Shown here: in pieces, positions 32,414 to 43,203 of the stretch | How positions within the stretch are numbered: the first letter of the stretch is position 1 | Layout: the number at the start of each line of letters is the position of its first letter | Assembly (NCBI GenBank): GCA_963797555.1 | Contig: CAWCPV010000004.1 | Location: forward strand, 160,001 to 224,000 | Reading direction: 5' to 3' | Length of the DNA stretch: 64,000 nucleotides | From: an uncultured Gammaproteobacteria bacterium | Lineage (GTDB): Bacteria > Pseudomonadota > Gammaproteobacteria > CAWCPV01 | The notes under the pieces: generated by a model | What the model was told of the DNA's origin: nothing | The model's input: only the letters and a program-made list of their open reading frames with translations | Databases searched by the model: none | Made by a program: the position numbers and the translations under genes

Positions 32414-32519
32414 AGGGCAGCCGATGCCTGATCGAGGAGAGGTTAACGGAGCTGTGGACAGTGATTTCGAGAGGTGAGGCAAGTTCGCCGGGGGCGTAAC
32501 GCCGAGCGGCGAGGGAGTT

Positions 32520-35500
32520 ATGGCCATGAAACGGACAATTTCTACGAAGAATACGCTGCTGACGGCAGTGGCCGCCGGCGTCCTGCTCTATTGCGCGACG
32601 GCGCGTCCAACCGACCTCGACCTCGCCAAGGCGCCGCTGTTCGTGACGGAGACGGTGCCGCCCTTGACGCTCCTGGTGATGGGGCGTGACCACAAGCTCT
32701 ACTACGAGGCATACAACGACGCCTCCGATCTGAATGGCGACGGCACCATCAACGTCGGGTACAAGCCCAGCCAGATCGATTACTACGGCTACTTCGACTC
32801 GAAAAAGTGCTACGACTACGGTTCCGGACGCTTCACGCCGGTAGGCGCGGCGGGCACTAACAAGACATGCAACGGCCACTGGAGCGGCGATTTCCTGAAC
32901 TACGTCACCACACCCCGTATCGACGCCCTGCGCAAGGTGTTCTACGGCGGCCATCGGTCGGTGGACACGACCACCCAGACCGTTCTGCAGCGCGCCTACA
33001 TCCCACAGGACGCCCATAGCTGGGGCAAGGAGTACGAGAGCGTCGCGCGCGACGGCTACGACATCACCCAGTACACGCCGCTGTCGCTTCCTCCGACGGG
33101 CAAGCGGCATCTGTTCGCCAATACCACGCTGAGCGATAACGGCACGCCCCTCATGCGCGTGCTCACCAACAGCCAGTACCGCATCTGGGAGTGGGTCTCC
33201 ATCGAGCGGCCCGTGGCGGGGACCGAGTGCGCGACCGGTAACAACCAGCGGGCGCCCTGTGCCGGCGGCGCGGGAACGTTGGAGTACGACAGCCATCCTC
33301 TGAGCGACGCGGACTTCAAGGCTCTGGTCGGCCAGTTTGCCAACACCCCGCATTTTCTAGGCTCGCAGCCCGTAACGCAGATCAACGGCAGCGGCGATCC
33401 TTTCGGGCCCCCGTCCGGCACATCGATCAACACCCAGGACCATTACCTCACGATCTTCCAGGGCGCGATCAACGCCCCCACGACGGGAACGTATCAGTTC
33501 GCGGTGGACGGGGACGACGCCGTCGAGGTGATCATCGACGGCACGGTGGTGAACGGAAATGTGGTGGGTGGAACGGTCGTGGCGTCTTGGTATGACGGTC
33601 ATGGCAAGTGCACCTGCCAGACTCACGCCGGCTCGATTTCCTTGAGCGCCGGGAATCACACCGTGGTTTTCCTCCACGAGGAGCGGGACGGGGACGACAA
33701 CTACTATCTCTACTGGAAGCCCCCGGGCGCGGGATCGTGGGCGATCGTCCCCGCAACGTCATTCTCCAACTTGACGCAGACGGTCTATACGTTCTACTCC
33801 CTGACCACGTCGACCATGACCGACTACACGGTAGCAGTGGAGGTATGCAAGACCGGCCTGCTCGAGCCCAACTGCCTGCAGTATCCCAGCGGGGACTACA
33901 AGCCGGTCGGGATCCTCCAGCAGTACAGCCAGAACGACAGGATGCTCTTCGGATTGCTCAGCGGGTCCTACTATCACAACCTTTCCGGCGGCGTACTGCG
34001 CAAGAAGGTGGGCTCGCTGTCCGACGAAATCGATCCCAACACCGGGCTGTTCACCAGCACCGTGGGAGTCATCGGCAACATGGACCGGCTGCGGGTGGTC
34101 GGTTTCAACTACGCCTGCCCATACTGCTATACCAGCCCGCCCGGTGTGGTCACGAGGCCGGTGACGGAGGCGGACGGCCAAGGGTACGAGATGTGGGGCA
34201 ACCCCATCGGCGAGATGATGTACGAGGGCCTGCGCTACTTCGCCGGCAAGAAGACTCCCACCTCGGCTTATTCGACCGGCGTCAACGGCGCGGGCACCTA
34301 CGACACCCAGCTCGGCCTGACCACCCCGGCCTGGGACGATCCCTACGACAAGGCACACGGGGGTCACGACTGGTGCGCCAAGCCCTTCGAGCTGGTGCTG
34401 AGCGACATCGATCCGTCCTACGACACCGACCAGCTTCCCGGCACGGCCTTCGGGAGCTTCAGCGGCGACCTCACAGGTCTCGACGTGAGCAGTCTCGCTA
34501 ACACGATCTCGTCTAACGAGCCCGACGTGGCCGGCCTCCACTTCATCGGTCAGTCCGGGAGCACGACGGACGGAGCCTGCACGCCCAAGAGCGTCAGCGG
34601 CTTCGGGAACATCCGGGGACTGTGCCCCCAAGAGCCGACCAAACAGGGCGGGTACTACTCGGCGGCGGTCGCTTACTACGGACGCACCCACGACCTGAAC
34701 CCCGTCGACGGGGGCACCGCGGACCAGGGACAGGAGGTCCAGACCTTCGCCGTGGCCCTGGCCTCGCCGCTGCCGCACATCAACATATCGGTCGGGAGCC
34801 AGACCGTCACCATGGTGCCCTTTACCAAGTCCGTGGGGGGCTGCTGGGCATCAACAGCGCCCAGGGCCAGTTCCAGCCCACGGACCAGATCGTGGACTTC
34901 TACGTCGAGAGCATCAAGAACACCGATGCGAGCAACATGGACGCGAGCGTCAACGGTGGTCGGCCTTACTACTCCTTCCGCATCAATTACGAGGACACCG
35001 AACAGGGCTCCGACCACGACATGGACGCCATCTCCCAGTACATCGTCGCGCTCAACGCCGACAACACCGTGTCCGTGACCGTGAACTCTCAGTACGCGGC
35101 GGGCGGCGTCATCCAGCATATGGGCTACATCATCTCCGGCACGACGAAGGACGGCGTCTATCTGGAAGTGCGCGACTCGGACACGGCAGCGGGGGACCCG
35201 AACGACCCGCTCTATTTCCTCGACACTCCGGCCGATCGCGCCGACCCGGGCCGGGGAAGCAGTACCCAGCAGTTGGGCCTCAGCCACACCCGGACGTTCA
35301 GCCTGGCGAACGGCGCCGCGACAGCGACCCTGCTGAAGGACCCGCTCTGGTACGCGGCCAAGTGGGGCGGGTTCTCCGCCCTCGACCCGAAAAACACGGT
35401 ACGCTGGCGCTGACAACGCTGCCGACCAGCAAACATCGAATGGGACTCGGACAACAATGGCGTACCGGACAACTACTTCCTGGTGACCAACGCGCTCGAC

Positions 35501-37698
35501 CTGGGGCCTCAGCTCGCCAATGCCTTCCAGGAAATCCTGGACCGCTCCGGCTCGGCCGCATCCGGTACCACCAACACCGGCGTGCTCACTGCGGAGAGCC
35601 GCTTCTACCAGGTGCGGTTCAACAGCGGCAACTGGACCGGACAGTTGCTGGCCTTCCCCATAAGACCGAAACGGAGTCTTTGGACAAAGAGTGGCGACGC
35701 CGGCTAGCGGGTGCGGAGTGGGACGCCGGCGACGTGCTGGGGACACAGGACTGGAACAGCGGCCGCTCGATCCTGACCTACGACACCTCGGCGCACGACG
35801 GTACGCCGTTCCGGTTTAGTGACCTGGCGGCCGCCGAGCAGGCCTCGCTCAACGTCAATCCCGCCTCCGGCAACACCGATACCCAGGGCCAGGCCCGCTT
35901 GGAGTATCTCCGCGGCAGCACCAAGGACGAGGGCAACAATGGCAACAATTACCGGCAGCGAGCGTCCCGGTTGGGGGACATCGTCGATTCGGCTCCGTTC
36001 TTCGTCGGCGCGCCGAGCTTCCGTTACCCTGACAGCCTGGAATCCGCCCCCTACTCCGCGTTCCGAACCAACAACGCCAGTCGGGAGCAGGTCATCTACG
36101 TGGGCGCGAACGACGGGATGCTGCATGCCTTCAATGCCGCGACCGGAGCGGAGGAGTTGGCGTACGTGCCCGGCGAGATGTTCCGCCAGAGAGGGACCGA
36201 CCACGGGGCGCGTCTGGTGCAGTTGACCTCGCCGACCTACACCCATCGCTTCTTCGTGGACGGCTCGCCCAGCGTGGGCAACGTCTTTACCGCCGGCGCC
36301 TGGAAGACGGTCCTGGCGGGCGGTCTGGGCGGCGGCGGGCAAGGAGTGTACGCCCTCGACGTGACCAATCCCGCGAACTTCACCGAGGGGAACGCCGACA
36401 ATCTAGTCCTCTGGGAGTTCACCGATGCCAATGATCCGGACCTCGGCTACACCTTCAGCCAGCCGTCCATCGTCAAGATGCACAACGGCAAGTGGGCGGC
36501 AGTCTTCGGCAACGGCTACAACAATACCGAAATGGACGACGCCGGGGCCTGTAGCGACAACAACGCGCAGACGCCTTGTACGGTCAGCAGCACCGGTCAC
36601 GCGGTCCTCTACATCGTCTTCATCGGGGATGGCACGGACGGCACCTGGGGATCCAGCGACTTCGTGAAGATCGACACGGGGGCGGGGTCGGTGGCCACAC
36701 CCAACGGCTTGGCGACGCCGGCCGCCGTGGATGTGGACGGCGACAACAGAATCGACTACGTCTATGCGGGTGACCTGCAGGGCAACCTGTGGAAGTTCAA
36801 CGTCACCAGCACTGACACCAGCCAGTGGAAGGTGGCCCTCACGCAAGGCACCGCGCCGGCTCCCTTGTTCGTCGCGCAGGATGCGAACGGCAACCGCCAG
36901 CCCATCACGTCGCGCCCGGAGGTGGGGACTCACCCGGACGGCCTGGGCGGCTTCGTGATTTACTTCGGGACGGGCAAGTACCTGGAGAACAGCGACAAGT
37001 CCACTACCGGACCGCAGGACTTCTACGCCGTCTGGGACACGAACGATCCCACCAACCCCCAGCCCGTGACCCGCAACGATTTGCTGCAGCAGACCGTGCT
37101 GGAAGTCGTTTCGGTACAGCAGGGCGGCCAGACCTCCCAGTACCGCGTGACCAGCGACAACGACATCACCTGCGGGGACAGCAGCGACCACGCCATCCCT
37201 TGCTGGCGCACTCCCGCGCACGCCAGTGGCAAGCTGGGCTGGTTCCTCGACCTGCCTACCACGAGCGAGCGCTCGGTCAGCAACCCGATCCTGCGCAACC
37301 AGCGCATCCTCTTCACGACACTGATCCCGTCCACCGACGTTTGCTCCGCCGGAGGCACCGGCTGGCTGATGGAGCTCGACATCCGCAACGGAGGCCGTCC
37401 GGTCGAAACGCAGCCCTTCTTCGACGTGAACAACGACGGCATCTTCAACGAAGACGACGCCGTTCATGTGACGACCTTCGATGCCAACAACGACGGCCGG
37501 ATTGACAACAAGGACACGGCGTCGGCTACCGGGCGGCTATCGGAGGTCGGCATCATTCCGGAGCCGACCGTGGTCGCCGACGTTCCGAACCGGATCGAGT
37601 ACAAGTACAGTGCCGGCTCGACGGGGCGCACCGAGGTGATCCGCAACAACCCCGGACCTGGGGATCTCGGCCGCCAGTCGTGGAGGCAGGTGTACTAG
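32520..37698 (+). CDS. pilY1: Type IV pilus tip adhesin PilY1 with PA14 insertion; frameshifts near 34845, 35400-35440 and 35660-35700
   Basis: MGRDHKLYYEAYND N-terminus; C-terminal PilC beta-propeller motifs LGDIVDS, YVGANDGMLHAF, DVDGDNRIDYVYAGDLQGNLWKF and GRQSWRQ. Confidence 0.9.
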
Positions 37699-37809
37699 GG
37701 TCGCTGCGGTTGGCCGAGGGCAGGGTCCCGGGGGCGATCTTGACTTGCGCCCGCGGGCCCTGCTCGATGGGTCGGCTACAATGAAACGCTTGCTGGAGGG
37801 GCGTTAGCG

Positions 37810-38238
37810 ATGAAGATCTTCCGCGGAGCGGGTTTCACGCTCATAGAGATCATGATTACCGTGGCCATCGTCGCCATCCTGGCCGCGATAGCGTATCCCG
37901 CTTACCGGGATCAAGTACGCAAGACGCGACGCGCGGACGCCACGGCCGCGCTGCTGGATCTGGCGCAGTTCATGGAGCGCAACTATACCGAGTCGAATGG
38001 CTACGACAAGGACAGCGCTGGCAACGCCATCGCGCTACCGTACGCGGAGGCGCCCAAGGAGGGGACGACGAAGTACTACGACTTGTCCCTTCCGGTGTTG
38101 GCCCCGACTGCCTACACGCTGCAGGCTGTCCCGAAGGGCGTGCAGACCGGGGATCCCTGTGGCACGTTCACGCTGACCAATACGGGCCTGAGGGATGTCA
38201 CCGGATCGGCCGGCAAGGACCAGTGCTGGCACCAGTGA
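37810..38238 (+). CDS. pilE: Minor pilin PilE
   Basis: GFTLIEIMITVAIVAILAAIAYPAY, RRADA, YTLQAVP and C-terminal C...CW. Confidence 0.93.
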   Translation: MKIFRGAGFTLIEIMITVAIVAILAAIAYPAYRDQVRKTRRADATAALLDLAQFMERNYTESNGYDKDSAGNAIALPYAEAPKEGTTKYYDLSLPVLAPTAYTLQAVPKGVQTGDPCGTFTLTNTGLRDVTGSAGKDQCWHQ

Positions 38239-38413
38239 TCCTCGGCTGAGGTCGCACGGAGCGCATCGCCTTTGGACGGAAGCAATTCCTCCGAGGCGGA
38301 GCGAACCCCCCCAAACGGTTTATTGTACAGGCCCTCAGAGGAATCGCCGAACGCGATTGGGGGTTTCGGGCCTTCGAAGGCGGACGGCTAATAGGTGGAC
38401 CAGCCCTCGAGAT

Positions 38414-38881
38414 CTAGGGCTTGCACATCTCTTGGAGCTGCTTCTTGGTCTGGTCGATCCGTTGCTGACGCTCCTCTGGCGTCAACCACACGCCCTTGCC
38501 CTGGGCGTCTCGGAGGAAAATCCGGGGGTATTGCTCCAGCTTCGCCAAGTCCTCCCTCAGTCCCTGGCAGACCTTCTGGCCGATAGCCTCTCTCTCTGCG
38601 GCCGTTCGCTGGTCCGGCGTCTGTCCGGCTTCCGGAGCGGGTTGCTCCGCGCCCGCGGGCTGGGGTTGGCTCGCCTCGGCCGACGCCGCCGGTGGCTTTT
38701 CGGGCGCGGGCCTCCCCGGAACCGCAACGGACTCCGATCTCTGTCCAGGAGGGGGCGTCTGGGAGTAATGGGTGACCCCTTGCTCGTCCACCCACTTGAA
38801 CGCATTGCCGGCATGAGCCGGACCGGCCCACATGCAGCAAGCCATGAGCACCGTCAGAAAACGGGAAGACATCGTCCGCAC
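38414..38881 (-). CDS. DUF4124 domain exported protein
   Basis: Signal peptide, FKWVDEQGVTHYSQTPP, Pro/Ala linker and C-terminal Cys pair. Confidence 0.85.
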   Translation of the reverse strand: MRTMSSRFLTVLMACCMWAGPAHAGNAFKWVDEQGVTHYSQTPPPGQRSESVAVPGRPAPEKPPAASAEASQPQPAGAEQPAPEAGQTPDQRTAAEREAIGQKVCQGLREDLAKLEQYPRIFLRDAQGKGVWLTPEERQQRIDQTKKQLQEMCKP

Positions 38882-38963
38882 CTGCTACTCCCCTCGTTGG
38901 CAGCAAGAATAGCCGACGCACAGGCAAAAAGCCACTTGCCCCGTTGCCCTCGCGTCGTCCGGC

Positions 38964-39571
38964 TCACCGGACCCCCCGAGTACGGTCCTGCAGCGGCCTC
39001 GTAGAGATACCGTCCTGCAGGAGAACGGTCGCTGCGGCCTGTCGGTCATCGACGGCTGGCGAGACTCCGCAACGAGCGGGCGGTCCCCGATCGCGGTCGG
39101 TGTGGACGCCGTGTTCCAGAGGCCACGCCCGCAGCGTCTCCCAGCCGCGGAACAGCGCGATGACGGTCTTGGCGTCGTTGACGTCCCCGGTGTTTGCTCG
39201 CTGAAGCGCCTCGCGCAGGGGGACCCAGTGCACCTCGATCAGTTCGTGGCTCTCGGGGCACGGGACCACTCGGGTCAGCTCTCGTGCCAGAAACAAATGG
39301 ACCAGTTCGTCGCAGACGCCGGGGCTGGTCACGGTCGCTCCCAGGCTCGTCCAGGACGCGGCCATGATCCCGGCTTCCTCCAGCCGGTACCTCCCAGAGC
39401 CGGCCGCCGGCCGCCAGAGGCGTTGCGCCTCGTCCACGGCCGCGATGGCAGCCCCGCCCGGGTGGTGCACGATTCCGATCTCCAAGCGGGCGGGCCGTCC
39501 GGCAGGTCCACCGACTCGATCCCGAGGTCCACGAGTTGCCCCCGGTAGATGGCCCTTCGGGCGTACGTCAC
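38964..39571 (-). pseudogene. ADP-ribose pyrophosphatase (NudF-like) pseudogene
   Basis: IYRGQLVDLGIESVDLPDG, VHHPGGAAI, LEEAG, SPGVCDE and DAKTVIAL are present, but there is a frameshift near 39490 and most of the segment up to the Nudix box (RQYR..WE.PAG...A.RE) is deleted. Confidence 0.75.
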
Positions 39572-39683
39572 GGTCAGCGGCGGCGCGCGTGCGCCCCTAT
39601 CGCTTGAGGCGCAGGAACAGCCAGAGTCCTGGGAGGACGCTGGCCTAAAGCACGGGGCTTTCCCCGGCGTCCCGGCGTGGCTC

Positions 39684-39705
39684 ATGACTATTTGTATGTA
39701 GTCAT
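39684..39705. promoter_or_regulatory. Putative toxin-antitoxin autorepression operator
   Basis: Inverted repeat ATGACTA-N8-TAGTCAT in an AT-rich stretch about 55 nt upstream of the antitoxin ATG. Confidence 0.6.
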
Positions 39706-39758
39706 CCGGTCTGCTAGTCTCACAATATCTTTCAGTTACGCAGTTACGTGGGTTATCG

Positions 39759-39982
39759 ATGGAAACCTCCAAGTCCGAGTTCAAGGCCAAGGCGTTGGAA
39801 TACTTCCGGTTAGTCGAAGAGACTGGCGACCCAATCGTAGTGACGGACCGGGGTGCGCCCACGATCGAGGTCCGGCCTTTCGAGGCGAGGTCAGGGATAT
39901 CTGGGCGCTGCTCAGGGGTAGTGTGCTGCGCTACGACGCACCGCTGGAGCCTGCGGGCGAGGTTTGGGACGCGCTGTCGTGA
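39759..39982 (+). CDS. Phd/YefM family antitoxin; frameshift near 39880
   Basis: SKSEFKAKALEYFRLVEETGDPIVVTDRG, then LRGSVLRYDAPLEP..EVWDA; its stop overlaps the toxin GTG. Confidence 0.85.
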
Positions 39983-40524
39983 TCGTCCTCGATACCCACG
40001 TACTCGTATGGTGGGTATCTGGCGCGGCCGAGAAGCTGAGAGCTTGTGAATAAATCTGCTGCGCGTCCCGATAGCAGCGTTGCGCGGTGCTCGCTCCTCG
40101 CCTATCTACTTGATATGTCTCGTCGCTGCGCTCCGTGCGCCTTGCTCTCGGGCCGCTCGCGACGATTTCTTCACAAGCTCTGAGCAAACCTGCGGCGGCC
40201 GCGCTCGATCAAGCGCTCGGGAAGGAGGCCTCGGTTTTCGTGTCGGCGATCTCCGCCTGGGAGATGGCCGTCCTTATTCAGAAAGGGCGCTTGGTGCTCT
40301 CGATGGATGTCGAGGAGTGGCTGTCTCACGCGGCTTCCCTGCCCGAGTTGAGGTTTCTGTTAGTCGATCGGCACACCGCGGTTCAGTCCGTCCGACTGCC
40401 GGGCGCCTTTCATTCCGACCCGGCCGACCGAATCATCGTCGCTACGGCGCGGCGCCTCAATCTTCCGCTCGTGACCGCAGACGAGAAGATGAGGAACTGC
40501 CAACACGTCAGGAGCATCTGGTAG
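39979..40524 (+). pseudogene. vapC: VapC/PIN toxin interrupted by a MITE
   Basis: MIVLDTHVLVWWVSGAAEKL|SKPAAAAL...VSAISAWE...FHSDPADRIIVATA...LVTAD is restored exactly by removing 144 bp; the insertion brings TAA at 40051. Confidence 0.92.
40040..40180 (+). mobile_element. MITE, 141 bp, young copy inside vapC
   Basis: Same TIRs as the 21231 copy; TGA duplicated at 40037-39 and 40181-83. Confidence 0.95.
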
Positions 40525-40699
40525 CCGCCGCACCCGCAGTGCTGCAAAGACTTGGTCCACACCCCTTGAGCGAGATCTGGGCGACCCGCTGCTCGAAGAC
40601 CTGCGAGACAATGGAGGTCCGTCAGCTATTATCTTGGGCGGCCACCAAGTCTTCCATGCGGGTGGCACGAAAAATGGGGCACGTCCCGATCCTCGAAGA

Positions 40700-40865
40700 C
40701 GTGTTCGAGCACCCGGGCGCATGCGGCTCGGAGCCTGGGGCAGCGCGGCGAGCAGAGCCGCCTCGGCGTGGCTCAGCACCCGCCCCGGCTTGCCGAGGTA
40801 GGTGAAGCTCGCGGCCTCGACGTCCTCGATGGAACTAGCATCGACGTCCTCGATGGAACTAGCCG
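40700..40865 (-). pseudogene. Fragment of a penicillin-binding protein 1C-like transglycosylase
   Basis: IEDVEAASFTYLGKPGRVLSHAEAALLAALPQAPSRMRP matches the PbpC glycosyltransferase segment; no flanking homology seen. Confidence 0.65.
40817..40863. repeat. 24-bp-period tandem duplication
   Basis: tcgacgtcctcgatggaactagc occurs at 40817 and 40841. Confidence 0.9.
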
Positions 40866-40917
40866 CTTCCGCTCCAGGTCGCATGTTCTATCACGTCTGC
40901 AGCAAGTGGAGCCGATC

Positions 40918-41157
40918 ATGAAGTCTGCCCGAATCATACTCGCGTCTGCCGGCATCGCGCTGTCCGGGTGCGTGGTCGTCCCCGCCGGACCTGGCCCGTA
41001 CTACGACTATGGGTACGGCGGGCCGGGCTACTTCTATGACTATGGCTACGCGTGGCCAAGCGTAGGGGTCGTCGTCGGCCCCGGCGGTCGCGGCGGCTGG
41101 GGCTGGCATGGCTGGGACGGTGGCGGACGCTGGGGCGGTCACCGATACTGGCGCTGA
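40918..41157 (+). CDS. Small Gly/Tyr/Trp-rich lipoprotein
   Basis: MKSARIILASAGIALSGC lipobox, YYDYGYGG repeats and a GWHGW tail. Confidence 0.7.
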   Translation: MKSARIILASAGIALSGCVVVPAGPGPYYDYGYGGPGYFYDYGYAWPSVGVVVGPGGRGGWGWHGWDGGGRWGGHRYWR

Positions 41158-41427
41158 CCGCAACCGGCCGGATCGATACCGGGGGCGACGGCGTTCACAG
41201 CGCGAATACGCGGCGTGTGAAACCGCTCACACGCGCTGGGCAGAGGTCGCTCGCCAAGCGGGAAAGGGAGCGGGCTTGGACAGCGGCCCGCCAGAATAAC
41301 GCGCGCAAGGGCTCCTTACGCCGGCGAGGTCGCGCCCGTTTGCCGTGCTCGTGCCTACGTGGGCCGCGATGGGCGCCGTGACCTGGGGCGGAGAGATTGG
41401 CTATGCTAATAGCGGTGACGACGAGCG

Positions 41428-41764
41428 ATGAGCGAAGCGAAGCAAGGTCCGTCGATGTGGCGCCTGCGCGGCGGTATCGCGTGGGTGCACGCGCTGATTT
41501 GGTTGGTTGATCCGACTCGGCGACGGCGCCCGACCCCCGATGTCCATCTCTACCTCGCCGATAAGGTACGGTCGTCTGGCCCGCCGCTACGCCCGCTTGG
41601 GGAAAAAAGAGCAGGCCGCGGCGCTCGATGATAAGGCGGAGTATCATTTTCGGCTCGGCAGTGGACTGGAACCGCCGCCGGCCGTGGCTGCGGCGATGCC
41701 GATTCCCAGCCATCCCTTGTCTACGGACGCGGTAGCCAAGGTACGACGTGCAGACGCCGCATGA
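41428..41764 (+). CDS. Hypothetical protein, probably one gene with a frameshift near 41570-41585
   Basis: ORF 41428 (...DVHLYLAD) joins plausibly with ORF 41507 (YARLGKKEQAAALDDKAEYHF...PPPAVAAAMP). Confidence 0.45.
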
Positions 41765-41913
41765 ATGGGCGGGTTACGAGCTAGGGTGACGAGCATGACA
41801 ACGCATTGGAGGCGACGTTGGCAAGGCTTGGGAGGCGCCGCAGCAGCGTCGGAGGCAGCGCGGTCGGTCGTCACGGTGGGAAGGACACTCGAACCGGCGC
41901 GAGGATGCGCGCG

Positions 41914-43203
41914 ATGACCCGTTCCCACGAGCTGTTCGTCCAAGCCCAGCGCCGGATCCCGGGCGGGGTGAACTCGCCGGTGCGAGCGTTTCGAGGCGTG
42001 GGCGGGGAACCGGTGTTCTTCGCGCGCGGCGAGGGGCCGTACCTGTTCGACGAGGACGGCCGGCGCTATGTCGACTACGTGGGTTCCTGGGGCCCCATGA
42101 TCGTCGGCCATGCCCACCCGCAGGTCGTTCTCGCGGTCCAGGAAGCCGCCGAGCGGGGTCTGGGGTTTGGCGCACCCACCGCCATCGAGGTGGCCATGGC
42201 CGAGAAGCTTTGTGCCCTGGTGCCGTCCCTGGAGCTGGTGCGCATGGTCAACTCCGGGACCGAGGCCACGATGAGCGCGATTCGCCTGGCCCGGGCCTTC
42301 ACGGGCAGGGATAAGATACTCAAGTTCGAGGGCTGCTATCATGGCCACTCCGACTCCCTGCTGGTCAAGGCCGGCTCAGGGGCGTTGACTCTGGGGGTGC
42401 CCAGCTCGCCGGGGGTGCCTCGGAGTCTGGCGCAGCACACCGTCACCGTCGCGTACAACGACTTGGAGCAGGTCGAAGCAGCGTTTGCCGAGGCGGGCTC
42501 GTCCATCGCTGCCGCGATCGTGGAGCCGGTGGCGGGGAACATGAACTGCATACCGCCGCTGCCCGACTTCCTCGAGGGACTGCGGCAGATCTGCGACGAC
42601 TACGGCGCCCTTCTCATCTTCGACGAGGTCATGACCGGGTTCCGCGTGGCCCTCGGCGGCGCACAGCAGCTATACGGGGTCACGCCGGATCTCACGACGC
42701 TGGGCAAGGTCATCGGAGGGGGCCTGCCGGTCGGGGCCTTCGGCGGCCGGGCAAACGTCATGGGCCAGATCGCCCCCCTAGGGCCCGTCTACCAGGCGGG
42801 GACGCTTTCGGGAAACCCGGTGGCCCTGGCCGCCGGTCTCAAGACCCTGGATCTCATCGAAGAGCCCGGCTTCTTCCGGGACCTGCGCGACGCCACGCTG
42901 CGCCTGACGGACGGCTTTCTGGAGCGCGCCCAGGCCCTGCGCATCCCGATGACCGCCAACCAGGTCGGCGGAATGTTCGGCCTGTTCTTCACGGAGCAAT
43001 CGCAGGTTCGCGGCTACGACCAAGTGATGGCGTGCAACGTCGAGCGCTTCCGGCGTTTCTTCCACGGCATGCTGGATCGGGGGGTGTATATGGCCCCCTC
43101 GGCCTTCGAGGCAGGCTTCGTCTCCGGCGCTCATAGCGACGAGGTAATTGCCTTCACCCTGGACGCCGCCGAGCAGGTGCTGGCAGGACTCGGGCCGCGG
43201 TGA
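41914..43203 (+). CDS. hemL: Glutamate-1-semialdehyde 2,1-aminomutase
   Basis: [37 protein letters not shown] and [10 protein letters not shown] motifs. Confidence 0.97.
   Translation: MTRSHELFVQAQRRIPGGVNSPVRAFRGVGGEPVFFARGEGPYLFDEDGRRYVDYVGSWGPMIVGHAHPQVVLAVQEAAERGLGFGAPTAIEVAMAEKLCALVPSLELVRMVNSGTEATMSAIRLARAFTGRDKILKFEGCYHGHSDSLLVKAGSGALTLGVPSSPGVPRSLAQHTVTVAYNDLEQVEAAFAEAGSSIAAAIVEPVAGNMNCIPPLPDFLEGLRQICDDYGALLIFDEVMTGFRVALGGAQQLYGVTPDLTTLGKVIGGGLPVGAFGGRANVMGQIAPLGPVYQAGTLSGNPVALAAGLKTLDLIEEPGFFRDLRDATLRLTDGFLERAQALRIPMTANQVGGMFGLFFTEQSQVRGYDQVMACNVERFRRFFHGMLDRGVYMAPSAFEAGFVSGAHSDEVIAFTLDAAEQVLAGLGPR

Noticed and set aside
41160-41420. Hairpin-rich intergenic region (GCGTGTGA-N6-TCACACGC) as a possible ncRNA
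   Set aside because: No recognisable family motif or second copy; needs an Rfam or covariation search.
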